Both the position numbers and the translations under genes were made by a program. A stretch of DNA of 64,000 nucleotides from an uncultured Acholeplasmataceae bacterium (GTDB lineage Bacteria; Bacillota_I; Bacilli_A; Acholeplasmatales; UBA5453): assembly GCA_964552625.1 (NCBI GenBank), contig CAZKGV010000007.1, positions 10,264 to 74,263 of the forward strand. The letters are read 5' to 3'. The notes beneath the pieces were generated by a model, which was not told the DNA's origin, made no database searches, and saw only the letters and a program-made list of their open reading frames with translations. Below are positions 1 through 6,979 of the stretch, one piece after another. How positions within the stretch are numbered: position 1 is the stretch's first letter; the number at the start of each line of letters is the position of its first letter.

Positions 1-953
1 AGCTTTTTAAGCAAGTTTGTCTCCACATCATACATACCAATAATATTAATAAATTCTGTATCATATTTTTTTAATGTTAACTCGTCAAAATAAATAAATT
101 CATGATTAAAATCTTCAAGCTCATTACTCTGCCTCATAAAATTATAATCTGTTAAATACTTTATCAGCATATAATTGTCAAAATTATATTTTTCCTTAAC
201 CTTTAATAAATAAAAATAAAAATCTTTTAGAGTTCTTGTTAGTACATTTAAAGTATAGTCATTTTGATTATTATATTTTAAAAGGAATTTATTTAGATCC
301 TGTGGAATTTTAAGGACTAGATCTTCTACCGTTTTAATTCCGTTATTGACTAAAAACATTCTTAATTCAGGTGAAACTTTTCTAAACATTGATAAGGTTT
401 GCAATATTATTTTTGAAATAAAAATGTCTGAAATATGTATTTCTTCAATCTTAGAATATTCATCATTTTCTTCTGGAGCTTCTTCTATAACTTCTAAAAT
501 AGGTTCATACTTAATAATTTGAAAGTTAGAATTATTCATTAATTCTTTAAAGTTACTCTGATATTTAGCATATGCAACAAATCTTTCCAAAGGAGCATAA
601 TTATAAAACTTTTTTTTGTAAATATTTAAATTTGATATAACTTCCCATAAACCTAACTTTTGTAACTCAAAAGGAGAAAAACTAGATTCATCTTCAGTAT
701 ATAAATATTCGTAATTTTCATAATCAACATTAGATTCAAAAAATCTGTTCGTTGGCTCGAAATTAAATCCTTTTAATTCAAGTTCTAGTTTTAACCTATA
801 GAACAATTTAATGTTTGATTTAGATAGTCGGCGCAGTAATTCCATATCAAAATATTGGTCTTCTATTTTAATTGCATTCAATTTAAAAAAGTCCATTAAT
901 TCATGCGAATATTCAATTTTGTTTTGATACTTTGGGAAAAATACTTTGTCCAT
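1..953 (-). CDS. Hypothetical protein, C-terminal part cut by the window edge (>317 aa)
   Basis: Manual reverse-complement translation gives ATG at 953-951 with GAGGA about 10 nt upstream. The frame stays open to base 1 (MDKVFFPKYQNKIEYSHELMDFFKLNAIKIEDQYF...). It is absent from the ORF track because no stop lies in the window. No family was recognised. Confidence 0.6.
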   Translation of the reverse strand, partial: MDKVFFPKYQNKIEYSHELMDFFKLNAIKIEDQYFDMELLRRLSKSNIKLFYRLKLELELKGFNFEPTNRFFESNVDYENYEYLYTEDESSFSPFELQKLGLWEVISNLNIYKKKFYNYAPLERFVAYAKYQSNFKELMNNSNFQIIKYEPILEVIEEAPEENDEYSKIEEIHISDIFISKIILQTLSMFRKVSPELRMFLVNNGIKTVEDLVLKIPQDLNKFLLKYNNQNDYTLNVLTRTLKDFYFYLLKVKEKYNFDNYMLIKYLTDYNFMRQSNELEDFNHEFIYFDELTLKKYDTEFINIIGMYDVETNLLKK

Positions 954-986
954 ATCACATAATCCTCACGCAACAATTAAACTTTT

Positions 987-1178
987 TTATATCTGATCAA
1001 TAACTCCATATTTGATAAATAATTCGTTTAATTTCTTTTTCATTTTTATTGAAGGCTTAAATTTTCCGGTTTCCCATCTATTAACAGTAATCGGTGAAAC
1101 AAGTAAAATGTTAGCCAACTCTTCTTGTGTGACAAACATCTTTTCTCTCAATTTTTTAATTGTTAGATCATATTTCAT
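987..1178 (-). CDS. XRE/Cro-C1-type helix-turn-helix transcriptional regulator
   Basis: The segment KKLREKMFVTQEELANILLVSPITVNRWETGKFKPS matches the HTH_3 pattern (Q..LA..lgvs...is.wE.G). The track ORF is 987..1199. The start was refined to the ATG preceded by AGAGG (MKYDL...). Confidence 0.75.
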   Translation of the reverse strand: MKYDLTIKKLREKMFVTQEELANILLVSPITVNRWETGKFKPSIKMKKKLNELFIKYGVIDQI

Positions 1179-1296
1179 ATCATAACCTCTTACTAACATA
1201 TTATTAACATTATTCTATCATTTTTATTATAATTAATAAAGGTTTTATAAATAATTTGTTTTTTCTCTTGTTTTTTATCAAATATAGAGAGTTAAT

Positions 1297-1327
1297 AAAA
1301 AAACTCCACATATTCTTACATGGAGTT
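1297..1327 (-). terminator. Rho-independent terminator after the recombinase operon
   Basis: On the minus strand, a 7-bp stem AACTCCA/TGGAGTT is followed by a T-run, immediately after the stop at 1330. Confidence 0.6.
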
Positions 1328-1329
1328 CC

Positions 1330-2904
1330 TTACTTGTTTACTATTCCATCATAAAACTTAAACTTAATCCTTTTATCCCTATAAACTGTAGCACTTTCAA
1401 CAGTTAACATCCATAGCTCACTATTCCAATCTTTTAGCTTATCCGTTGATTTTTCTAAATTAGCAATAAACTTTTTTATTCGGTAAGACTTCGCTGAGTT
1501 TTCTCTTTTAAGATTTGCTAGTTCTTCTTTTCTTTCCCTTAAACTATCATATTTTGTTCTTAGTTCTTTAAGTCTTTTATCAAATTCATCAATACCACTT
1601 TTAGTTTTTGAATTATCTTGAATAAGTTTATTAATTGATTCTGTTAATGTTATTAGTTCTGCATCAATTTCTTTAATCTCTTTATCAATGCCTTTAGAGC
1701 TTGTTATTAGTTTTAGAACTTCCTTTAAATCATTTTTAACTCGTTCTCTATCCTTTATCGTAATGTTGTAAGCATTTAAAAACTTTTCTTTTATTTCTTC
1801 TTCTCTTAGATGTGGTGTTTTACATTTGTCTTTACCTTCTTCATATTTCTTATTACATCTATAAATTGATCTTCTATATTTAGAATTTGAATGCCATGTC
1901 TTTCTACCGTAATAACCACCACAATCTGCACATTTGATTTTAACTGCAAATATATTAGCTGATGAAAAGCCACCAACCATTTCTCTTCTTCTTTTAATTT
2001 CAATTTGTACCATTTCCCACATATCTTTATCGATAATAGCTGGATGACTGTTTTCCACATAGTACTGTGGAACTTGGCCAGTATTTTTAACCATTTTTTG
2101 TTCTAAGAAGTTTTCAGTATATTTCTTTTGAAGTAATGCGTCACCTTTATATTTTTCATTAGTTAATATCGATAAAACAACATGGGCTCTCCAAGTAGCG
2201 TTAGCTGCACTTTTAATTCCTTGTTCTGTTAAATAATTTCTAATTGCTATAGGTGTTTGACCTTCAACTAAAAACATCCGATAAATTAATCTTACAACTT
2301 TCGCTTCTTCTTCAACGATTACTATTTTACCGTCTTTCTTTTCATAACCTAAAAACCTGCTATAGGCAAAAGATACTTTACCATTTTGAAATGATACTCT
2401 TTTGCCCCATGTAACATTTTGACTAATGGATCTTGATTCTTCCTGTGCAATAGAAGCCATAATCGTTAAGATTAATTCACTCTTAGAATCAAGTGTCCAT
2501 AAGTTCTCTTTTTCAAAAAATACTTCAACACCTTTATCTTTTAACTTTCTTACAAACTTAATCGTATCAAGAGTGTTTCTCGCAAATCTTGAGATTGATT
2601 TAGTAATGATTAGATTAATTTTACCGTCTAAGGCATCTTCAATCATACGATTAAAGCTTGCTCTTCTTTTGGTGTTTGTTCCACTAATACCTTCATCAGC
2701 ATAAACGCCAACAAAGGCCCATTCATATTTATTTTCAATGTAGTTTTGATAGTAGTTTACTTGTGCTTCATAACTTGTATTTTGTTCTTCTGAGTTAGTT
2801 GATACTCTAGCATAAGCTGCAACTTTAATCTTTTCTTTACTATTACGAGGTAACTGTGTTAATGAATCTATTGTTGATGGTATTACTGTTACTTTAGTTG
2901 TCAT
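1330..2904 (-). CDS. Large serine recombinase (524 aa) with zinc ribbon and long coiled-coil
   Basis: The N-terminal resolvase domain carries AAYARVST (catalytic Ser context), ITKSISRFARNT and AQEESRSIS. The recombinase domain is followed by Cys clusters CADCGG...CNKK...CKTPH. After these comes a Lys/Glu-rich heptad-like segment of about 100 aa. Confidence 0.9.
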   Translation of the reverse strand: MTTKVTVIPSTIDSLTQLPRNSKEKIKVAAYARVSTNSEEQNTSYEAQVNYYQNYIENKYEWAFVGVYADEGISGTNTKRRASFNRMIEDALDGKINLIITKSISRFARNTLDTIKFVRKLKDKGVEVFFEKENLWTLDSKSELILTIMASIAQEESRSISQNVTWGKRVSFQNGKVSFAYSRFLGYEKKDGKIVIVEEEAKVVRLIYRMFLVEGQTPIAIRNYLTEQGIKSAANATWRAHVVLSILTNEKYKGDALLQKKYTENFLEQKMVKNTGQVPQYYVENSHPAIIDKDMWEMVQIEIKRRREMVGGFSSANIFAVKIKCADCGGYYGRKTWHSNSKYRRSIYRCNKKYEEGKDKCKTPHLREEEIKEKFLNAYNITIKDRERVKNDLKEVLKLITSSKGIDKEIKEIDAELITLTESINKLIQDNSKTKSGIDEFDKRLKELRTKYDSLRERKEELANLKRENSAKSYRIKKFIANLEKSTDKLKDWNSELWMLTVESATVYRDKRIKFKFYDGIVNK

Positions 2905-4205
2905 TTACTGTTACCTCCTTTGCCTCTTTTTAAATAGTAGACTCTTGCTTCATCTTTCATTTTTTCTGTCCAACTACTACTTCTTGGTTCATATTCCCAC
3001 TCTAATATTTGTTCCTTACCACTAACGATTTGAAACAAGAGCTTATTATCTGGTAGGACGACTATTTGTTTAACTTCTTCTTCAAAGCGTTTTAAATCGA
3101 AGGTTTCTAAATTTAATAATTTGTTAGCTGCTTCAATTATTTTAGCCTCTGGTACTTGTTTAGCATCGCATACACACTTACCTTTAGTTCTTAAAGTGGA
3201 ACACATCCAAACAACATTATATGGTGTCTTTTTATAGGTATATGCTTTACCACATTTACCACATTTGATATAACCTTTAAATAATGTCTTTTTCGTTTTA
3301 TCTAAGTTGATATCTTTAGTTTTTAACCTTCTCATCTTTTGAGCATCATTAAAAGTAACTTTATCGATAATCGCTTCATGAGCATTTAAAACAAGATATT
3401 TATTATACTCACCATTATTAATGCACATGGTTTTGGTTAAATGGTTATCTCTATAAGTCTTTTGTAAGATAAGGTCACCTGTATAGTTATAATTGGTAAG
3501 GATTTTAATGACCGATGAACGATTCCATTTCTTAGTCTTATATGGTTTAATTCCTTGAAGATTTAAGATATCGCATATTCGTTCATCGGCATTTCCTTCT
3601 AAGTATAACTTGTAAATTAGTCTTACAGTTTCTGCTTCATCTTCTACAACATAAAGTTTTTTATCTTTAAGCCTATAACCAAGTGATGAATTACCGCCCC
3701 ATATTAAACCAGCCTTAAAATCTTTACTTATTCGCCATTTCATATTTTCTGATACACTTCTTGATTCTTCTTGTGCGAAGGTTGCTAGAAATGTTAGGAT
3801 CATCTCTCCTTCACCACTGTTGGTATGGATGTTTTGTTCCTCAAAGTAGACATCAACATTTAAGTCTTTTAATTCTCTAACTACTTCAAGTAATGTTAAT
3901 GTGTTTCTTGCAAACCTAGATATCGACTTTGTAATAATCATATCGATCTTTCCAGCTCTTGCATCTTTAAGCAAAGCTTGGAATTCATCTCTTGAATCTT
4001 TAGTTCCTGTTATTGCTTTATCGGCATAAACACCAACGAACTCCCAATTATGTTTACTTTGGATTAGTCTCTTGTAATATGAAACTTGAGTAGCTAGTGA
4101 ATTAAGCATCGCTTCTTTTCCGGAGGATACTCTAGCATATGCAGCTACTCTTATTCTTTTAGGTATTAATGGTATTGCTTCAATTTTGGTAATTACCATA
4201 TTCAT
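2901..4205 (-). CDS. Large serine recombinase (434 aa), no coiled-coil insert
   Basis: It carries AAYARVSS, ITKSISRFARNT and AQEESRSVS, with zinc ribbon CGKCGK...CSTLRTKGKCVC. Its stop overlaps the next recombinase start by 4 nt (ATGA). Confidence 0.9.
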   Translation of the reverse strand: MNMVITKIEAIPLIPKRIRVAAYARVSSGKEAMLNSLATQVSYYKRLIQSKHNWEFVGVYADKAITGTKDSRDEFQALLKDARAGKIDMIITKSISRFARNTLTLLEVVRELKDLNVDVYFEEQNIHTNSGEGEMILTFLATFAQEESRSVSENMKWRISKDFKAGLIWGGNSSLGYRLKDKKLYVVEDEAETVRLIYKLYLEGNADERICDILNLQGIKPYKTKKWNRSSVIKILTNYNYTGDLILQKTYRDNHLTKTMCINNGEYNKYLVLNAHEAIIDKVTFNDAQKMRRLKTKDINLDKTKKTLFKGYIKCGKCGKAYTYKKTPYNVVWMCSTLRTKGKCVCDAKQVPEAKIIEAANKLLNLETFDLKRFEEEVKQIVVLPDNKLLFQIVSGKEQILEWEYEPRSSSWTEKMKDEARVYYLKRGKGGNSK

Positions 4206-4320
4206 AAAGTTTCCTCCTTCCTTTTTTGCGGTACTATATACATCACTTATTAGCCTTCCTTAGTCAAGTCTTTTTCGCTATTAAGTAGACAATCTGTGAT
4301 GCAATTTAAATATCTTTCTT

Positions 4321-4578
4321 TTATCTTCCTGCTTTTTGTTTATTGTTCCAATAATCCCATCTACAACGATCACTACAAAATTGTTTTATCTTCTTACCCT
4401 TTACGGATGTAATCTTGGAATTACAGTTCTTACAGTTTCCATTTAAGAGTTCCACTTCATCAATTTTCTTACAAATAGCTCTAACCTCTTTAACTGAAAT
4501 AGATAGCGTGTTTGAAATTTTTATAAAACCATAACCTTCTTTTTTTAATTCAGTAACTCTTGTTTTTATTGTTTCCAT
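4321..4578 (-). CDS. Small DNA-binding protein with an N-terminal HTH and a C-terminal zinc ribbon
   Basis: The HTH-like segment is LKKEGYGFIKISNTLSISVKEVRAICKK. It is followed by CKNCNS...FCSDRCRWDYWN. From memory, the FCSxxCRxxxW signature occurs in small proteins encoded upstream of serine recombinases in Bacillota mobile elements. A GGAGG RBS is present. Confidence 0.6.
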   Translation of the reverse strand: METIKTRVTELKKEGYGFIKISNTLSISVKEVRAICKKIDEVELLNGNCKNCNSKITSVKGKKIKQFCSDRCRWDYWNNKQKAGR

Positions 4579-4812
4579 AATTTAAACCTCCTTTTAATTA
4601 CTAATGGCAACATTTAATAAATCCTAAATAACCCCCCAACGATTTGTTTGATTTTTAAAGACAAGTATTCATTCACATTTACTTAATAAAACGGTCATTT
4701 CAAATCGTTGAGCCTTTTTAGCAAATAATTAAAACACTTATCTTCTAACCTTAAACCAATCTCAAAATATAAAATCAAATTTTCAAAAATTCTCTCTCCC
4801 ATTTTTTAAAGG

Positions 4813-4860
4813 CCCCCCATGCGGTACCCATCGCCAGTTGCTAAAAGTCTATGAGGGGGG
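4813..4860. other. Hairpin closed by C6/G6 runs
   Basis: CCCCCCAT (4813-4820) pairs with ATGAGGGGGG (4851-4860) around a 30-nt GC-rich loop. A second C6 run at 4632-4637 could pair with the same G6 run instead. Confidence 0.5.
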
Positions 4861-4957
4861 TATGATACTTAAAATTTTTGAAAAACCCTATAAATTTGTT
4901 GTAATAGTTAACCGGTTTTAGAGTTTTTAGGATTTTTGGTTTAGAAAAAAGGCAGTA

Positions 4958-5033
4958 CTGACTGGTGATGCATTTGTTTGGGATAGGGCAGTTACTACGA
5001 TGCCCTTATCCTACAAACGATATGCGTCAGCAG
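4958..5033. other. Long imperfect hairpin (about 76 nt) in non-coding DNA; candidate structured RNA or ssDNA element
   Basis: The arms are CTGACTGGTGATGCATTTGTTTGGGATAGGGCA and TGCCCTTATCCTACAAACGATATGCGTCAGCAG around the loop GTTACTACGA. GC content is far above the surroundings. Confidence 0.5.
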
Positions 5034-5150
5034 TGGAAGGAACTTCATATATATAAGCCTTATTTTCCACTTTTCTTATTTTTGTGAATAAAGGGCATTT
5101 ATCCCTATTTTCGCTTTCCGAATTTTTAGTGAGTGAAGCGGATGTTTTCC

Positions 5151-6269
5151 CTATATTCCATCTTTACTTTTTCTTGATACAACACCACGATTATTTACAT
5201 ATTCATCACTAAATTCGCTGATTCTATTTTTAATCGTTTTATCAGTTACACCTAAATATTCAGCCAAAATAGATACTCTACAAGTTCCATCTTCTTCTAA
5301 ATTAATATCAAAAGCATTGTCAAATTCTAACTTTCTAGATTCCGGAGTTTGTTTTCTTTTTCCACTTTTGGTTAGATTATGTCTCGGATCACCTGAAGCA
5401 TAGTTTTTGGTAAGTAGTCCTTCTTTGTCTACTATATGGATTGGATAATCAAACCAAAAGTTGACCGGAGTAATATTTCTAAACTCTCTTAAACTACTTT
5501 CAAGCCGCCAAGCAGTCATATTCTGATCGTCTAAATAGGCTTGTTTAAACTCTTCTTCTAAAATAAGATCAATGATATCAAGTAATGAATCTGGATCTCT
5601 TGCGAACACTCCGGAACCAGATGCACGATCCATTGCTCTTTTAAATCCTTGTTCGCCTTTAGAATGGTGATGAGAGTAAATAACGGCTACACCTGTTTCC
5701 AAACAAAGCTTATCGAATAGATTAGTAAACTTTGCCATATCGGTTGCTTTATTTTCATCGCCTGTTATTACTTTATAAATAGGATCAATAATAACGACAT
5801 CAATACTTTCACTTTTTGTTCTTTCGATTAAAATTGGCATTAGTTTATCAAGTGGCATTGATTTTCCTCTTAAATTCCAAATAGCTAAATATTCATCTTC
5901 TTCTGGTTTTATACCAAGTCTTTTATAAATTTCAACAAACCTATTAATACAACTTGCTCTATCAATTTCTAGGTTCACATACAATACCTTTGACTTCATA
6001 CACCCAAACTCTAACCATTTAGATCCTTTTGAAAGGGCAATAGCTAACTGCATTAACAAAAAGCTCTTACCGGCCTTAGATGAACCAGATATCAACATCT
6101 TGTGTCCCTTCCTTAAAATACCCTCTACTAACTCTGGTGCTAATGGTGGTAGTTTTTCCAATACTTCTTTTGTTAATGTTATAGTTTTTGGAAATCCGTC
6201 TTCATCTAGCTCCTCATCCATTAAAACAACTCCACTACTTTTCTTTACTTCTTCTTTTTCCATTTCCAT
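5151..6269 (-). CDS. AAA_25/RepA-like RecA-fold ATPase with a C-terminal HTH-like tail
   Basis: The Walker A motif is ISGSSKAGKSFLLMQLA and the Walker B-like motif is VVIIDPIYK, with HHHSKG also present. This matches the pattern of RepA/AAA_25 proteins of plasmids and islands. The strong RBS is AAAGGAGGAAAG. Confidence 0.8.
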   Translation of the reverse strand: MEMEKEEVKKSSGVVLMDEELDEDGFPKTITLTKEVLEKLPPLAPELVEGILRKGHKMLISGSSKAGKSFLLMQLAIALSKGSKWLEFGCMKSKVLYVNLEIDRASCINRFVEIYKRLGIKPEEDEYLAIWNLRGKSMPLDKLMPILIERTKSESIDVVIIDPIYKVITGDENKATDMAKFTNLFDKLCLETGVAVIYSHHHSKGEQGFKRAMDRASGSGVFARDPDSLLDIIDLILEEEFKQAYLDDQNMTAWRLESSLREFRNITPVNFWFDYPIHIVDKEGLLTKNYASGDPRHNLTKSGKRKQTPESRKLEFDNAFDINLEEDGTCRVSILAEYLGVTDKTIKNRISEFSDEYVNNRGVVSRKSKDGI

Positions 6270-6310
6270 TTTTCTTTCCTCCTTTTTGATAAAATGTTTT
6301 TCCTTTCATA

Positions 6311-6560
6311 GGTTAATGGCAAGCAAGTAGTGAAATTCCCGATTTTTTTAGAAAATTCCTATATTTTCACATTTTTAGTAACTAAAACAGATAATCCAAC
6401 TACCTCTTCAATGGTTAATGGCAAGTAGGGTACTGTTTTGCCGGTTAATTTTGAATTTTTGTTAATTTTATGTGTTTTAACAACTTAAATAGCTAACTTC
6501 ACCACTTCCTCAATGGTTAATGGCATGAAGATTATTGTTTTGCCAAGATTTAGTGAATTT
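6311..6560. repeat. Diverged tandem repeat with an exact 102-bp phase (about 2.5 units)
   Basis: The core GGTTAATGGCA starts at 6311, 6413 and 6515. Units 2 and 3 also share CAATGGTTAATGGCA..TGTTTTGCC and downstream T-rich blocks. A related ACTAATGGCAAC lies at 4601-4612, just upstream of the 85-aa gene. Confidence 0.75.
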
Positions 6561-6594
6561 TGTATGTTTTTCATGTAAAAAGTGCGTAAGTAAC

Positions 6595-6630
6595 AAAAAA
6601 AACGACCTATTTGGTGGTAAATAAGCCGTT
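6595..6630 (-). terminator. Rho-independent terminator-like hairpin
   Basis: The minus strand reads AACGGCTTATTT-ACCACC-AAATAGGTCGTT followed by T8. Confidence 0.5.
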
Positions 6631-6656
6631 CCGCATTTGCTTTCTTATAATTAAAA

Positions 6657-6692
6657 GTAATCGTTAAATTGTAGGGTAATCGTTAAATTGTA
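6657..6692. repeat. Two perfect 17-bp direct repeats GTAATCGTTAAATTGTA with a 19-bp period
   Basis: The copies lie at 6657-6673 and 6676-6692. A related triple repeat with the same 19-bp period lies at 14958-15012. Confidence 0.85.
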
Positions 6693-6802
6693 ATAACCAA
6701 AAATTAAAAAACTCTAAAAAAGAGTAGTTTTATGGTTTCTATGTTGTTGGTCAAGTTATAAGTAGAAATGGAATAAAGGGTTATATTCCCTATCTTCAAA
6801 AT

Positions 6803-6832
6803 AAAAAAAGTTTGACACAAATTGTATCAAAC
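6803..6832 (-). terminator. tRNA-Leu terminator (near-palindrome)
   Basis: The minus strand reads GTTTGATACAATTTGTGTCAAAC followed by T7, directly after the tRNA. Confidence 0.7.
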
Positions 6833-6844
6833 AAATTTCTAATT

Positions 6845-6929
6845 TGGTGCGGATAACAGGAGTCGAACCTGCACACCCGAAGGCGCTAGATCCTAAGTCT
6901 AGTGCGTCTGCCAATTCCGCCATATCCGC
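6845..6929 (-). tRNA. tRNA-Leu (anticodon UAG), CCA encoded
   Basis: The reverse complement folds as a cloverleaf with acceptor GCGGATA/TATCCGC and anticodon loop CTTAGGA. It has a long variable arm (CGCCTTCGGGTG) and T-loop GGTTCGACTCC. Confidence 0.9.
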
Positions 6930-6979
6930 GCAAGAAAAATTATAACTTGTTTTTGCGTGATTGTCAATAATGACTATTT

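Larger units (their letters stand above)
1..6844 (-). mobile_element. Putative integrative element or genomic island downstream of tRNA-Leu. The left end lies beyond the window and the right end is not mapped precisely.
   Basis: A contiguous minus-strand block typical of integrative elements begins right after the tRNA-Leu 3' end. It has 2 large serine recombinases, 2 small HTH proteins, an AAA_25 Rep-like ATPase, phased repeats and GC-rich hairpins. No att sites were identified. Confidence 0.5.

Noticed and set aside
1806-2704. Track ORFs 1806..2060(-) and 2426..2704(+) lie inside the 524-aa recombinase gene. Similar nested ORFs occur at 6100..6330, 7744..7995, 9631..9813, 10127..10411 and 12699..12959. 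More occur at 13484..13681, 14576..14770, 16048..16275 and 19289..19471.
   Set aside because: Each lies in an alternative frame or antisense within a longer ORF that has clear family motifs. They have low-complexity, AT-driven composition and no RBS, so I treat them as spurious.
4969-5091. A plus-strand ORF of about 40 codons (MHLFGIGQLLRCPYPTNDMRQQW...) spanning the long hairpin
   Set aside because: It has no RBS and lies on the opposite strand to all element genes. The sequence is better explained by its self-complementarity.
6409-6530. Micro-ORFs starting in the repeat cores on the minus strand (MPLTIEEVVKLAI; LPLTIEEVVGLSVLVTKNVKI)
   Set aside because: They have no Shine-Dalgarno sequence, one starts at TTG, and their lengths differ between units. 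They are more simply explained as repeated DNA. They could be relics of a duplicated gene 5' end, but that cannot be shown here.
6311-6560. Whether the phased repeats are a CRISPR array
   Set aside because: The period is 102 bp rather than about 60-75 bp. The inter-core segments are themselves homologous, so this is a tandem duplication rather than unique spacers. No cas genes are present.
1-6844. The element being a prophage
   Set aside because: No capsid, portal, terminase, tail or lysis genes lie in the visible 6.8 kb. A prophage cannot be excluded for the unseen left part.
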